A stretch of DNA of 63,944 nt, filler included, from Octopus bimaculoides (lineage: Eukaryota), in assembly GCF_001194135.2 (NCBI RefSeq). It is 11 parts of 9 records of this genome, joined end to end, with 100 filler letters (N's around TTAATTAATTAA, not from the genome) between each part and the next. Parts side by side here need not be neighbours in the genome. Positions count along the whole stretch, not along the records: positions 22,041 to 29,113 come from NC_069007.1; positions 29,214 to 35,095 come from NC_068983.1; positions 35,196 to 47,556 come from NC_069002.1; 8 more parts are not named here. The stretch is one strand, 5' to 3'. Below, piece after piece: positions 24,200 to 36,629 of the stretch; position 1 is the first letter of the stretch; each line of letters begins with the position of its first letter. Under the pieces are notes generated by a model. It was not told where the DNA came from. It made no database searches and worked only from the letters and a program-made list of their open reading frames with translations. The position numbers and the translations under genes are program-made.

Positions 24200-25045
24200 C
24201 CACACTACAGTAATAACAACTACCATGACAGCCAACAACATACGGTAAGAAGAAGGCCCATCACAGCACACAACCACCACCTTAGCCACAACACTAACAC
24301 AATAACCACCACTGTTAACACCCTAGCTACAACAATAACGGCAGCAACACTACCACCTTAGCCACGACAGCAAAACCACCAACATCACCACCAGCGCTAA
24401 CACACTCTAGCTACAACAATAATGACAGCAACACTACCACCCTAGCTACAACACAATAACCACTACCGCTATTACTAACACCCTAGCCACTACTATCCCA
24501 GCCACAACAGCAAAACCACCACTCACACTTCAGATACTACCGTCAAAAACCACCACTACCAATCACACCACCACTACCACAATCACCACAAACACCATCA
24601 CCACAACCACCACTACAACAACGACACCAAAACCACTACCACAATTAGCACTGCTAACACTACCACCAACACCACCACTACCTTCATTACAATCACCACC
24701 AACAAAACCACCGCCACAATCAACACCACCACCAACAACAACACTGACTACCACTACCACCCCAACCACAACAAAACTATCACTACCACACACCACCACC
24801 ACCAGTACCCGTACCACTACCACCCCAGCCACAACAACAACNNNNNNNNNNNNNNNNNNNNNNNNNNNNNNNNNNNNNNNNNNNNNNNNNNNNNNNNNNC
24901 ACACACCACCACCACCAGTACCCGTACCACTACCACCCCCAGCCACAACAACAAAACTATCACGACCACACACCACCACCACCAGTACCCGTACCACTAC
25001 CACCCCAGCCACAACAACAACAACAACTGCTTCTACTACAACCAC
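24200..25045. repeat. ACC/ACA-rich cryptic repeat with ~60-bp duplicated units
   Basis: CACACCACCACCACCAGTACCCGTACCACTACCACCCC(C)AGCCACAACAACAA occurs three times around the 58-N gap. Confidence 0.85.
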
Positions 25046-25179
25046 TACTGTGTATCCAGCTGTACACTAACTGATACAAGCCATCAAAAGACGGCACAAT
25101 GAGAAATTAATGCTGGACTCAATTTTAAGCAACGTTATTAAAAACCTTTCATCTTATCTCACTCATCCTATCACTCACA

Positions 25180-25280
25180 CCCTCCTTCTCACTCTCTCTC
25201 TTTCTCTCTCCCTCTCTCCCGTTGTCTCTCTATTTTTCCCTATCTATCTTTGTATGTCTCTTTTTCTCTTTCTCACTCTT

Positions 25281-25313
<33 letters not shown>

Positions 25314-25393
25314 GGTTTGGTTCTCTCTCTTTTCCTATCCGTATACCTCTATCTCTGTATGTCTTTCTCTCACTGTAGATGTCGCTCTCTCTT

Positions 25394-25427
<34 letters not shown>

Positions 25428-25641
25428 TATCTCTCACTCTCTCTCCTTGTCTGCGAGTCTATCTCTTTCCCTATCTATCTTTGTATGTCTCTCTTTCTCT
25501 TTCTCACTCTTTCTCTCTCTCTCTCTCTGGTTGGTTCTCTCTCTTTTCCTATCCGTATACTTCTATCTCTGTATGTCTTTCTCTCCCTCCTTGTGTTTCT
25601 CTCTCTCTCTCTCTTTTCCTATCTATTACTATATCTCATTA

Positions 25642-25692
<51 letters not shown>

Positions 25693-25795
25693 NNNNNNNN
25701 NNCTCTCTCTCTCTCCCTCTCTGTGTGTCTATCTCTTTTCCTATCTATCTCCTCGATAAGTCTTCCCTCTCTCATTCCCTATCTATCTTTGTATA

Positions 25796-25830
<35 letters not shown>

Positions 25831-26200
25831 GGTTTGGTTCTCTCTCTTTTCCTATCCGTATACCTCTATCTCTGTATGTCTTTCTCTCCCTCCATGTGTT
25901 TCTCTCTCTTTGTCTCTCTTTCTCTCTCTCTCTTTTCCTATGTATTACTATCTCTCTCTCTCTCTCCCCATCTGTGTGTCTACCTTTTTTCCTATCTATC
26001 TCCTCGGTAAGTCTTTCTGTTTGTCTCTCTGTCTGTATCTCTCTCTCTTTCCATATCTATTTATCTTTATCTCCGTATGTCTGTCTCTCTTCCCCCACCC
26101 CCATGTATTTCTCTCTCTTTTTCTCAACGTAGCTATTTATCGCTATCTACGTAGGTCTCTCTCTCTCTCTTTCTCTCTCTCTAGCTATATGTGTGTACCT
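25180..26200. repeat. CT-rich low-complexity block with higher-order ~130-bp units
   Basis: CCCTATCTATCTTTGTAT..CTGGTT(T)GGTTCTCTCTCTTTTCCTATCCGTATAC..TCTGTATGTCTTTCTCTC recurs near 25240, 25470 and 25780. Confidence 0.85.
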
Positions 26201-26356
26201 CTCTCTTCTTCCATATTTGTCTATCTACATCTCTGTCTCTCTTTCTCTATCTCTCTTTTTCTTATCTTACTTTCTCTTCCCTCTCTTTGTTTTCCTTTCG
26301 TTTTCCATCCCTCATAACAAATTCCACTCTTCTCTAAAATATTCTATCCCTCCTTA

Positions 26357-26389
<33 letters not shown>

Positions 26390-26713
26390 TTTCACTGTTA
26401 CCTCTCCAACACACCTCCCTCTTCACTGGGTTCCCCACTCACTTTCTCTATCTCTCTCTTTCTCTCTTTTTCACTTCGCTTTTCTCTCTGTCTGTTGTTT
26501 TTCTCTCTCTCTCTTTATCTTCGACTCACACACACCTCATAACTCCTTTTGCCCTTTATCGGAAAATTTCGATTTCATGTTTGCTCTTTCTCTCTGTCTG
26601 TTTCTCTCTATTTCTTTCCCTTCCTTCCTCTTTACCTACCTCTCTGAACACGCGTTCCATACTTTATTTAAAGTTTTCTATCCCTCTTCCTCTCTCTCTC
26701 CCTCTCCCTCTCC

Positions 26714-26748
<35 letters not shown>

Positions 26749-27469
26749 TCTTCTTTAAACATATCAGCTGTTTCTCAATTCACCTTAAATTTTCTGTGTA
26801 TCTTCGTCTCTCCCTCATACTTTTGTTCCCGCTCTATTATCTCTCTCCTATCTCTCCTTCACTATATATTCATGCATGTATGTATATATATATANNNNNN
26901 NNNNNNNNNNNNNNNNNNNNNNNNNNNNNNNNNNNNNNNNNNNNNNNNNNNNNNNNNNNNNNNNNNNNNNNNNNNNNNNNNNNNNNNNNNNNNNNNNNNN
27001 NNNNNNNNNNNNNNNNNNNNNNNNNNNNNNNNNNNNNNNNNNNNNNNNNNNNNNNNNNNNNNNNNNNNNNNNNNNNNNNNNNNNNNNNNNNNNNNNNNNN
27101 NNNNNNNNNNNNNNNNNNNNNNNNNNNNNNNNNNNNNNNNNNNNNNNNNNNNNNNNNNNNNNNNNNNNNNNNNNNNNNNNNNNNNNNNNNNNNNNNNNNN
27201 NNNNNNNNNNNNNNNNNNNNNNNNNNNNNNNNNNNNNNNNNNNNNNNNNNNNNNNNNNNNNNNNNNNNNNNNNNNNNNNNNNNNNNNNNNNNNNNNNNNN
27301 NNNNNNNNNNNNNNNNNNNNNNNNNNNNNNNNNNNNNNNNNNNNNNNNNNNNNNNNNNNNNNNNNNNNNNNNNNNNNNNNNNNNNNNNNNNNNNNNNNNN
27401 NNNNNNNNNNNNNNNNNNNNNNNNNNNNNNNNNNNNNNNNNNNNNNNNNNNNNNNNNNNNNNNNNNNNN

Positions 27470-27595
27470 TTATTCTTTAGAAGCCTTGTACTTATTTTAT
27501 CGGTCTCTTTTGTTGAACCAGTAAGTTGCGGGGACGTAAACACACCAACATCGGTTGTTAAACGATGGTGGGGAAACCACGAAGAGACACACAAA

Positions 27596-27627
<32 letters not shown>

Positions 27628-27835
27628 AACATATACGACGATATATATTTACGTGTGTGCGTGTGTGTATGTATAGAAACGTATAAATATGACTAGCGTC
27701 TATTAGGTTTCCGTTTACAAAATTCTCTCACAAGGCATTTCAAGGCTATTTCAGAAGACATTTTCCCAAAGTCCGGTACGGTGAAGCTGAGCCCGAGACT
27801 ACGTGAGTAAAATGTGATTTCCTAAAACGGCACGG
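27470..27835 (-). mobile_element. SINE family A, degenerate
   Basis: AAGCC..GTACTTATT..TCGGTCTCTTTTG..GGGGACGTAAACACACCAACATCGGTTGT..CACAAGGC..GAAGACA. Confidence 0.75.
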
Positions 27836-28319
27836 ATATGCCTGTGTCTGTTCAAACTTGCCGTTGATACACAAAGGTGGTTACAAATTGAATGCCAACT
27901 TGCAACGCGCCCTTCACAAGTCTAACGTCAATTAACGTCACCTAGATTTATGATCAAATTACGTCAAAAAATTTCCAGCGTCAACGAACGGCATAGAAAT
28001 TTCATGGCGTACACAAATGACGTTCCGTCCGCAGAAATACATTTCATCTTCGCTTAGTCGCGTATTTATAGTCTGTATATAAGTCTGTGCTTGTGTGTCT
28101 GTGTCTGTCTGTCTCTCACTCACACTCTCTCACTCCGTCTCCCTCTCTCTCTCTATGTTCCTATAAAGATTTCATCCTATATTTAAATTGTATATATATA
28201 NNNNNNNNNNNNNNNNNNNNNNNNNNNNNNNNNNNNNNNNNNNNNNNNNNNNNNNNNNNNNNNNNNNNNNNNNNNNNNNNNNNNNNNNNNNNNNNNNNNN
28301 NNNNNNNNNNNNNNNNNNN

Positions 28320-28534
28320 CACCTATCGCGGTTCGCCTATCACGGCTTACTATTTAAACTTACGTCGACTCTTCCGTGGCGTTGTTTTGCATTTATAATA
28401 AAATAAATATATACAAATTATAAAAATAAAAATGATGATAAAATATACAGTAATGTACTGTTTCTACTTTGCGGATTTTCACGTATCGCGGGAGATTTTG
28501 GAACGTAAGACCCGTGATAGTCGAGGGATTACTG
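28320..28534. mobile_element. Tigger/pogo-like non-autonomous DNA element, one end (other end lost in gap)
   Basis: Terminal CCCGTGATAGTCGAGGGATTACTG followed by TA, i.e. TIR CAGTAATCCCTCGACTATC. Confidence 0.65.
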
Positions 28535-29081
28535 TATATATATACATATGGATATATATTTATATATATGTCCATATACATTTTTATACACACACACGTA
28601 TTGTGTGTGTATGTGTGTAGAGAGATTTATACATGCATACACTTGCACAAATGCAAATGTTTATAAACATACATTTATGAATATTAATATATATAAAGAG
28701 AGAGGGGGAGAAAGAAAGAGAGAGAGGGAGAGACAGGGAGAAAGAAAGAAACAGAGGGGAGAGAAATAAATAGACATCTATATACATATATATACACACA
28801 CACACGCATTCACAATTAACATGTATGTAAATACATGTAAATGTGTATGCGGTGTGGATATGTGGATATGTGGATGTGTGCGAGTGTGAAAGTGAGTGTG
28901 TATGTGTGTGTATGCATATATATGTGTATATAGATTCATGCATTATGTATATATGTATCTGTATATCTGTGTCTGAACATACGTGCGGGTACAAGTTTTA
29001 GAGAGGGCGGACCATGTGTGTAATTACGATCCACACATATATGTTCATATATATATATAAGCAATGTTAAATCTCTGAACG

Positions 29082-29113
<32 letters not shown>

Positions 29114-29213
29114 NNNNNNNNNNNNNNNNNNNNNNNNNNNNNNNNNNNNNNNNNNNNTTAATTAATTAANNNNNNNNNNNNNNNNNNNNNNNNNNNNNNN
29201 NNNNNNNNNNNNN

Positions 29214-29229
<16 letters not shown>

Positions 29230-29252
<23 letters not shown>

Positions 29253-29405
29253 GGCTTCTTTCAGTTTCTGTCAATCAAATTCACTTACAAGGCTTTGGTC
29301 AGCCAGAGGCTATACTAGTAGACACTTGCCCAAGATACCACACAGGAGAACTGAATCTGAGGTCACATGGTTGGGAACCAAACTTCCTAATCATACAACC
29401 ATGTC
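29230..29405 (-). mobile_element. SINE family A, 5' half
   Basis: AGGCTTCTTTCAGTTTC..CAAGGCTTTGGTC..GACACTTGCCCAAG. Confidence 0.8.
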
Positions 29406-29674
29406 TGTACGTAAATTAGCAGAAGTTAATAATGATCTATAACTTAGATACAAAGTAAAAAAAAATTTGGAGGAGGATATAATCAATTAGATTGACTTTA
29501 GTATTTGACTAATGAATTATTCATTAAGCTCAGAAGGCTGGAAGCCAAAGCCAAAGTTGATCACAGCAGGACTGGAACTCAAAACTTGGGTGGGGATATG
29601 ACTAAAGATCATTAAGGGAGTTTTGCTGTCATCTTCCCAGTTTTGCCAATCAACTGCCTGCACTACTACTACTT

Positions 29675-29729
<55 letters not shown>

Positions 29730-29923
29730 CACCTCCACTGCCACTGTCTATCATTGTCATCACCATTGCCAAGACTGCTCCCCTCCCCAGCCGCCACCGC
29801 CGCCGCCACCGCCGCCGCCACCNNNNNNNNNNNNNNNNNNNNNNNNNNNNNNNNNNNNNNNNNNNNNNNNNNNNNNNNNNNNNNNNNNNNNNNNNNNNNN
29901 NNNNNNNNNNNNNNNNNNNNNNN

Positions 29924-30042
29924 AGGCTTTGGTGGGCCTAAGGCTTTAATAGAAGACACTTGCTCAAGGTGCCATGCAGTGGGACTGAACCCAGACCCTT
30001 GTGGTCGAGAAGCAAACTTCATACTACACAGCCACACCTGCA
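29924..30042 (-). mobile_element. SINE family A, head
   Basis: GAAGACACTTGCTCAAGGTGCCATGCAGTGGGACTGAACCC..CACAGCC. Confidence 0.8.
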
Positions 30043-30098
30043 CCTATAAAATGATGAAAATTATGGTCTAACTGGAGAATCTGGGTAATTGTTCATTG

Positions 30099-30216
30099 GT
30101 GATGTTATCCAAAGCAATGCCACTCACTTTCCCTAAAGCATTTGTATTTTGCTGTAAAATGATTTTGTTAGTTTTCTGTCTTTTCGTGTGTTTAGATCCT
30201 GCAAAATTATGCTCAC
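30099..30216. repeat. 118-bp direct repeat, copy 1 (copy 2 at 31450-31567)
   Basis: GTGATGTTATCCAAAGCAATG...GATCCTGCAAAATTATGCTCAC; same length, few substitutions. Confidence 0.9.
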
Positions 30217-31449
30217 AATGGGGTGGTTATGCCAAAGGAAGAGGCTTCCTAGTTAGATCTTGAAACTGAGAATGAGCTAATTTTTCCTATGTTTCCAAAA
30301 GTGTGATCGATGGTTTCTACAACAGATTCTCCATGGTTGGCCATTGCTGTTTCTGTCTCTTTTTGCTGTCTGGGCTACTTTTTTACTTTCTGTTCATTCA
30401 ACTCTTTTTGGAAAAAAGCTCTGAAATTACCTTTATCTCTGCATATAAATTAACTGAACTCTCTACCTTGCACAGCTTGTCTTAAAGCCTTTGTCTTCAC
30501 AATTGCTATGAGACACAATTCTGTAATTGTTTTGTGGCTTTCAGAAATCACAAAGTCTTGTATGTCTTTGGAGATTCCACTTGGTTACGTATCTCCAAAA
30601 GTAATATCAGTACTGACAACCTACCATATTGTACCATGAAAGTTACAATAATGTGAGTGTCAACATTATCTCTAATATTGCTCATATTTCTTCATCCCAG
30701 ACACTCTCCATGAGCAGGTATATGACACATTTGCACAATTTTTCTCCTCACCATACTTTCAATTTTAAACATGATGAATATATTTCTATTTAACCTTTCC
30801 CAACAACGTGAATTCTAAACTTTTATTAACCAATATATTCGTGGTTATTGACTGTCCAAATGTACCTTTATATATACCAGAACAAAAGAGTGTTATATGT
30901 TTGTTATTGCTGATTATCCCTTCGGTACATTTTGTACATAACAAAATAAAGAGTGTTATTATTGTTCAGATGCTTTCTTGTTCCTGAATAATTATTGTTT
31001 CTAAAAAATATTGATGCAAGGAAATTGTTTAGCACTCTATCCGTGCAAGATACACAAACTTGAAATCCTACAGGAGCTTCCAGCTGTTCCCTGGAGGGCT
31101 CAAGAAAGCTCATATAGCTTTGACAATACACATGTAGACCATCTTTCTTCTTTAATTTGTGTGATTGCTTCAGGCTAACATGCTTACTTTGGATACATAG
31201 TACTGCTCGGCAGATTTTTTGTCAACCAGATACTCCATATTTAACATTTATTTGTTGCAAATCATGTTTACAAAGGGTGAGTTCAATTCTTCACTTAAAT
31301 AAGTAACACTAAAAATACAAGTTTATTTTTCATTTGGCAAAGTGTGTGTGTGTATGTGTGTGTGTACATGCACGTGTACTTGTGTGTGTGCATGTGTGTG
31401 TGTATGTAGGTGTTGTTTTAACCAAATACATCATTAGAACCACTCACTT

Positions 31450-31567
31450 GTGATGTTATCCAAAGCAATGTCACTCACTTTCCCCAAAGCATTTGTATTT
31501 TGCTGTAAAATGATTTTGCTAGTTTTCTTTCTTTTCATGTTTTTAGATCCTGCAAAATTATGCTCAC
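31450..31567. repeat. 118-bp direct repeat, copy 2
   Basis: See 30099-30216. Confidence 0.9.
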
Positions 31568-31912
31568 CTTCAATATGTATGTTTTAATGGGCACTCTGCT
31601 TAAAAATATTGTGCATGTACAAAACAGAAGCAAAAAAAAAAATGTCTAAAAGCAGATGTCATTTTTGTCTTAACCCTGTATGTTCCAAGATTCCTTGCAC
31701 GAAAATAAATTCCAAAATGTTCTTCTTTCATGTTACTTCTGATAAACAGTTAATATATTACCCACTCAAAACAAATTCATGCACAAGAAATTCTTGGACT
31801 CTTGGAAAGTTTGCATGGACTTACTGAGTTTTGGAAGTGGTCTAACTTGGATACGAGTAAACTTTCACCATGTATGTACGTGTGTGTATGTATGTATGTA
31901 TGTATGTATGTA

Positions 31913-31956
<44 letters not shown>

Positions 31957-32092
31957 CAATGTGCGTGCATGTATGTTTTGTGCGTGTGTGTGTGTGTGTG
32001 TGGGCACATGTGTAACTGTGTGTGTATAAATATACAAGCAGCAACTTATCTATTTACTTATACCTGAACATGTATATACCCATATAAATCTT

Positions 32093-32137
<45 letters not shown>

Positions 32138-32597
32138 ATGTCACTATTATATCTCTCTTTCTAGCCACACCTTGGTTATTCCCACCCACTATAATGTAAG
32201 TAGTTTCTCTACAGCTAGACATCTCTTTTGCTCTGTCCCCTTGGTTTGTACTTTAAACTTTCTATCTCCGAACATAAAGCCACCTTCCTCCCTAATGTAA
32301 TCTTTTGAACTGCATGATAGACTCACTAGTGCTGGTAGCATGACAAAAAGATATGACAAAAGTTTGTGTCGGATTAATATTGTAAAGTGGATTGTATTCT
32401 ACATCTAGATGTAGAAACCATGCAAAACAGACATTGGGGTTCCATGCTGTCTGGACAAATTGGATCCTGTCAGACCACCTAACTCATATCAGCATGGAAG
32501 ATGGATTCTAAATAGTGATGTTGATAATTATGATTGACATATATATACGTAAATATATATATATAAATATAAATATATATATGTATATATATATCTA

Positions 32598-32676
<79 letters not shown>

Positions 32677-32700
32677 ATAATTATAAAATCTGGTAATTAG

Positions 32701-33060
32701 TCATATATTAATTAATATCGAATAATTATCAGGAGGCCAGCACATCTAAAGAATCAAAGAGATTCAGAAATATTATCTGCAATCTCGGGATTAAGGTACA
32801 TTTTAAAAAATAACGTCGACCACTAACGTGGACAGTTAATGCGCTAGAAATAGATCACATCTTGTGTCTATTAAGACCTAAATTGTTCTCGACATGAAAT
32901 GTAGCAGCATACCAAAAACGTGATCGGGCAAGATATTTAAAATCACCTAAAAAAGCATTATTAAACAGGAACTAGTTTCGGATTTAACAAATTCTTACCA
33001 TTTGTCTATTCCTCATCAGCCTGATTTGTAATGTAACCGTAATCATCAGAATCATAGATA
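32701..33060 (-). mobile_element. Diverged partial monomer of the 541-bp hammerhead-bearing repeat family
   Basis: Colinear with 63333-63640 (TCATATAT(T)AATTAATATCGA..AAAGAATCAAAGAGATTCAGAAA..TAAGACC.AAATTGTTCTC..GAACTAGTTTCG). Confidence 0.85.
32966..33023 (-). ncRNA. Minimal type-I hammerhead ribozyme, intact core
   Basis: CAGG-CUGAUGA-GGA..UCC-GAAAC-UA-GU-U-CCUG; helix I 4 bp, palindromic helix III ACUAGU, GUU cleavage triplet. Confidence 0.8.
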
Positions 33061-33261
33061 TATATATATATATAATATATACTCTCCATTTTCTTTTCTT
33101 CATTTAACTGGATATAAACTATATGCTTAATATATACCTATTGTTTTAAGGGAATTTCATTCCCCATCATTACTAGGTATTGAACCAGTATTTCCTTGGA
33201 TGTAACCAACCCTTTATGAGGTTAATGTATCCTCTAATTATATATATATCTACTTTTATTC

Positions 33262-33500
33262 TTTTAGTCTGTTACTTGTTTTAGTCATTTGACAGCGCCC
33301 ATACTGGAGCACCACCATGAAGGGTTTTAGTCGGACAAATCGACCCCAGGATTTATTTCTTAAGCCTAGTACTTACTTTGACACGCTTGTTTGCCAAACT
33401 GCTAAGTTATGGGGATGTAAACTCAATAACATTGGTTGTCAAGTGGTGATGGGGGGAAGGGGACAAACACAGACACAAAGACACACACAGATACATACAT
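33262..33500 (-). mobile_element. SINE family A, 3' half (rest in gap)
   Basis: TACTTGTTTTAGTCATTTGAC..CTGGAGCACC..AAATCGACCCCAGGA..AAGCCTAGTACTTA. Confidence 0.85.
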
Positions 33501-34520
33501 ACATACATATATACATACATATATATATATATATATATACCTATATATATANNNNNNNNNNNNNNNNNNNNNNNNNNNNNNNNNNNNNNNNNNNNNNNNN
33601 NNNNNNNNNNNNNNNNNNNNNNNNNNNNNNNNNNNNNNNNNNNNNNNNNNNNNNNNNNNNNNNNNNNNNNNNNNNNNNNNNNNNNNNNNNNNNNNNNNNN
33701 NNNNNNNNNNNNNNNNNNNNNNNNNNNNNNNNNNNNNNNNNNNNNNNNNNNNNNNNNNNNNNNNNNNNNNNNNNNNNNNNNNNNNNNNNNNNNNNNNNNN
33801 NNNNNNNNNNNNNNNNNNNNNNNNNNNNNNNNNNNNNNNNNNNNNNNNNNNNNNNNNNNNNNNNNNNNNNNNNNNNNNNNNNNNNNNNNNNNNNNNNNNN
33901 NNNNNNNNNNNNNNNNNNNNNNNNNNNNNNNNNNNNNNNNNNNNNNNNNNNNNNNNNNNNNNNNNNNNNNNNNNNNNNNNNNNNNNNNNNNNNNNNNNNN
34001 NNNNNNNNNNNNNNNNNNNNNNNNNNNNNNNNNNNNNNNNNNNNNNNNNNNNNNNNNNNNNNNNNNNNNNNNNNNNNNNNNNNNNNNNNNNNNNNNNNNN
34101 NNNNNNNNNNNNNNNNNNNNNNNNNNNNNNNNNNNNNNNNNNNNNNNNNNNNNNNNNNNNNNNNNNNNNNNNNNNNNNNNNNNNNNNNNNNNNNNNNNNN
34201 NNNNNNNNNNNNNNNNNNNNNNNNNNNNNNNNNNNNNNNNNNNNNNNNNNNNNNNNNNNNNNNNNNNNNNNNNNNNNNNNNNNNNNNNNNNNNNNNNNNN
34301 NNNNNNNNNNNNNNNNNNNNNNNNNNNNNNNNNNNNNNNNNNNNNNNNNNNNNNNNNNNNNNNNNNNNNNNNNNNNNNNNNNNNNNNNNNNNNNNNNNNN
34401 NNNNNNNNNNNNNNNNNNNNNNNNNNNNNNNNNNNNNNNNNNNNNNNNNNNNNNNNNNNNNNNNNNNNNNNNNNNNNNNNNNNNNNNNNNNNNNNNNNNN
34501 NNNNNNNNNNATAATAAATG

Positions 34521-34759
34521 CACCCTTTTAAAGCCTAGCCAGGCTCATGGGCCCGGTTTCCTAGTTTCAATGGCGTATATGTTCCCCAGCTGGACGGGAT
34601 GCCAGTCCATCGCAGCGTTATTCATTTTTGCCAGCTGAGTGGACTGGAGCAACGTGAAATGAAGTGTTTTGCTCAAGAATACGTGTCGCCCGGTCCAGAA
34701 ATCGAAATCACAATCTTACGATCATAATTCTGACACCCTAACCACTAAGCCACACGCCT

Positions 34760-34762
<3 letters not shown>
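34521..34762 (-). mobile_element. CORE-type SINE with family C head but a different 3' tail
   Basis: Same head and CORE-like segment as 23300-23634, followed by CTGCGATGGACTGGCATCCCGTCCAGC..GGCTAGGCTTTAAAAGGGTG. Confidence 0.8.
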
Positions 34763-34802
<40 letters not shown>

Positions 34803-34824
34803 CATATACACATGTGTGTGGCTC

Positions 34825-35088
34825 ATACACTTTCTGCAACTTGCTGTTGGCCTCTGAGGAGGTATAGCCATGACTACTTTCTCTGTCATGGTCAATGCAA
34901 CAATCACACGCTACACACCTTCCTACCAAGCATGGCTGTTATCAGTGGAAGTGAGCTAGAATGTTAAAAATTAGTGTGCATGCACAGTAGAATTCAAGGT
35001 CAATTTTTTTTGCAAAGCAGCTTCACTCTGTGTGTCTTAGCTTTGTTACTATGGCAACAGTCCGGATACTTATTGATCAGACCTTGTA
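34825..35088 (-). mobile_element. Mariner element 5' end (TIR, leader and start of ORF)
   Basis: TA-CAAGGTCTGATCAATAAGTATCCGGAC TIR; ATG at 34889 gives MTEKV..GYTSSEANSKLQKVY; sister copy at 57250-57546. Confidence 0.75.
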
Positions 35089-35195
35089 GGTATATNNNNN
35101 NNNNNNNNNNNNNNNNNNNNNNNNNNNNNNNNNNNNNNNTTAATTAATTAANNNNNNNNNNNNNNNNNNNNNNNNNNNNNNNNNNNNNNNNNNNN

Positions 35196-35229
<34 letters not shown>

Positions 35230-36590
35230 TGTATGTATGTATATATTTACTGAAACACACACACACACACACACACATGAACATATAGACATGCATACAA
35301 AGCTGCATGTTTCTATGGATATAGCTGCATGAATATATCCGCATCTCTCTGTGTCTTACCACATATCTCTCAACCTATCTATTTATCTGTCTATCTATTT
35401 GACAATTTAATACATAGATATGGCTCCAAACGTACATATACATGTGTTTGTACCTATATATATATACACACATATGAATATATATTTAAACGTAACGTAT
35501 ATATACACAAACACATACACACAGCTACACGCACAGATCCTCATATATTCATAAACAGCAACATGAATGCAATGGAGGCAGGGTCTCTTAATGCGTTCAA
35601 ATGAAACTCCAGATTGATAACAATACAGCAACCCAAGATGAATTAAGAAATCGGGAAGTGGCTTTCTGGTTCACAGCAAAACCTAATCTCGTCGTCTTTT
35701 CATTGACTTTAGTCTTTTTGCATGAAACACTTGCCCTCAGGTTAAAGAATTTTCAACTGTCGATGAATTGGCCGGCAGATGGCGGCAGAGGTATTTCGTC
35801 AAAAACGCCATATTGAAGAAAGGAGCCGGCGAAGAAATAATGGGACAGATTTCCATAGCAGAGAAAGAGAGAAATAGAGAAATAGAGACTATGTTGTGTC
35901 TATAGGATACATGGATGTATATATATATATATATNNNNNNNNNNNNNNNNNNNNNNNNNNNNNNNNNNNNNNNNNNNNNNNNNNNNNNNNNNNNNNNNNN
36001 NNNNNNNNNNNNNNNNNNNNNNNNNNNNNNNNNNNNNNNNNNNNNNNNNNNNNNNNNNNNNNNNNNNNNNNNNNNNNNNNNNNNNNNNNNNNNNNNNNNN
36101 NNNNNNNNNNNNNNNNNNNNNNNNNNNNNNNNNNNNNNNNNNNNNNNNNNNNNNNNNNNNNNNNNNNNNNNNNNNNNNNNNNNNNNNNNNNNNNNNNNNN
36201 NNNNNNNNNNNNNNNNNNNNNNNNNNNNNNNNNNNNNNNNNNNNNNNNNNNNNNNNNNNNNNNNNNNNNNNNNNNNNNNNNNNNNNNNNNNNNNNNNNNN
36301 NNNNNNNNNNNNNNNNNNNNNNNNNNNNNNNNNNNNNNNNNNNNNNNNNNNNNNNNNNNNNNNNNNNNNNNNNNNNNNNNNNNNNNNNNNNNNNNNNNNN
36401 NNNNNNNNNNNNNNNNNNNNNNNNNNNNNNNNNNNNNNNNNNNNNNNNNNNNNNNNNNNNNNNTATGTATAAGTGAGTGGAGGAAAAACAGAGAAAGAGG
36501 GGGGAGATAGAGAGAAGGGGAGGAAATAAAGGGAAAAGAAAGAAAGATAGAAAGAAAGAAAGTGGGGATGAAAGAGAGAGAGAGTGAGAG

Positions 36591-36629
<39 letters not shown>

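Noticed and set aside
35741-35790. Exon VKEFSTVDELAGRWRQ with PH-like WRQRYFV
   Set aside because: Modest splice signals, motif resemblance too short, no partner exons identified
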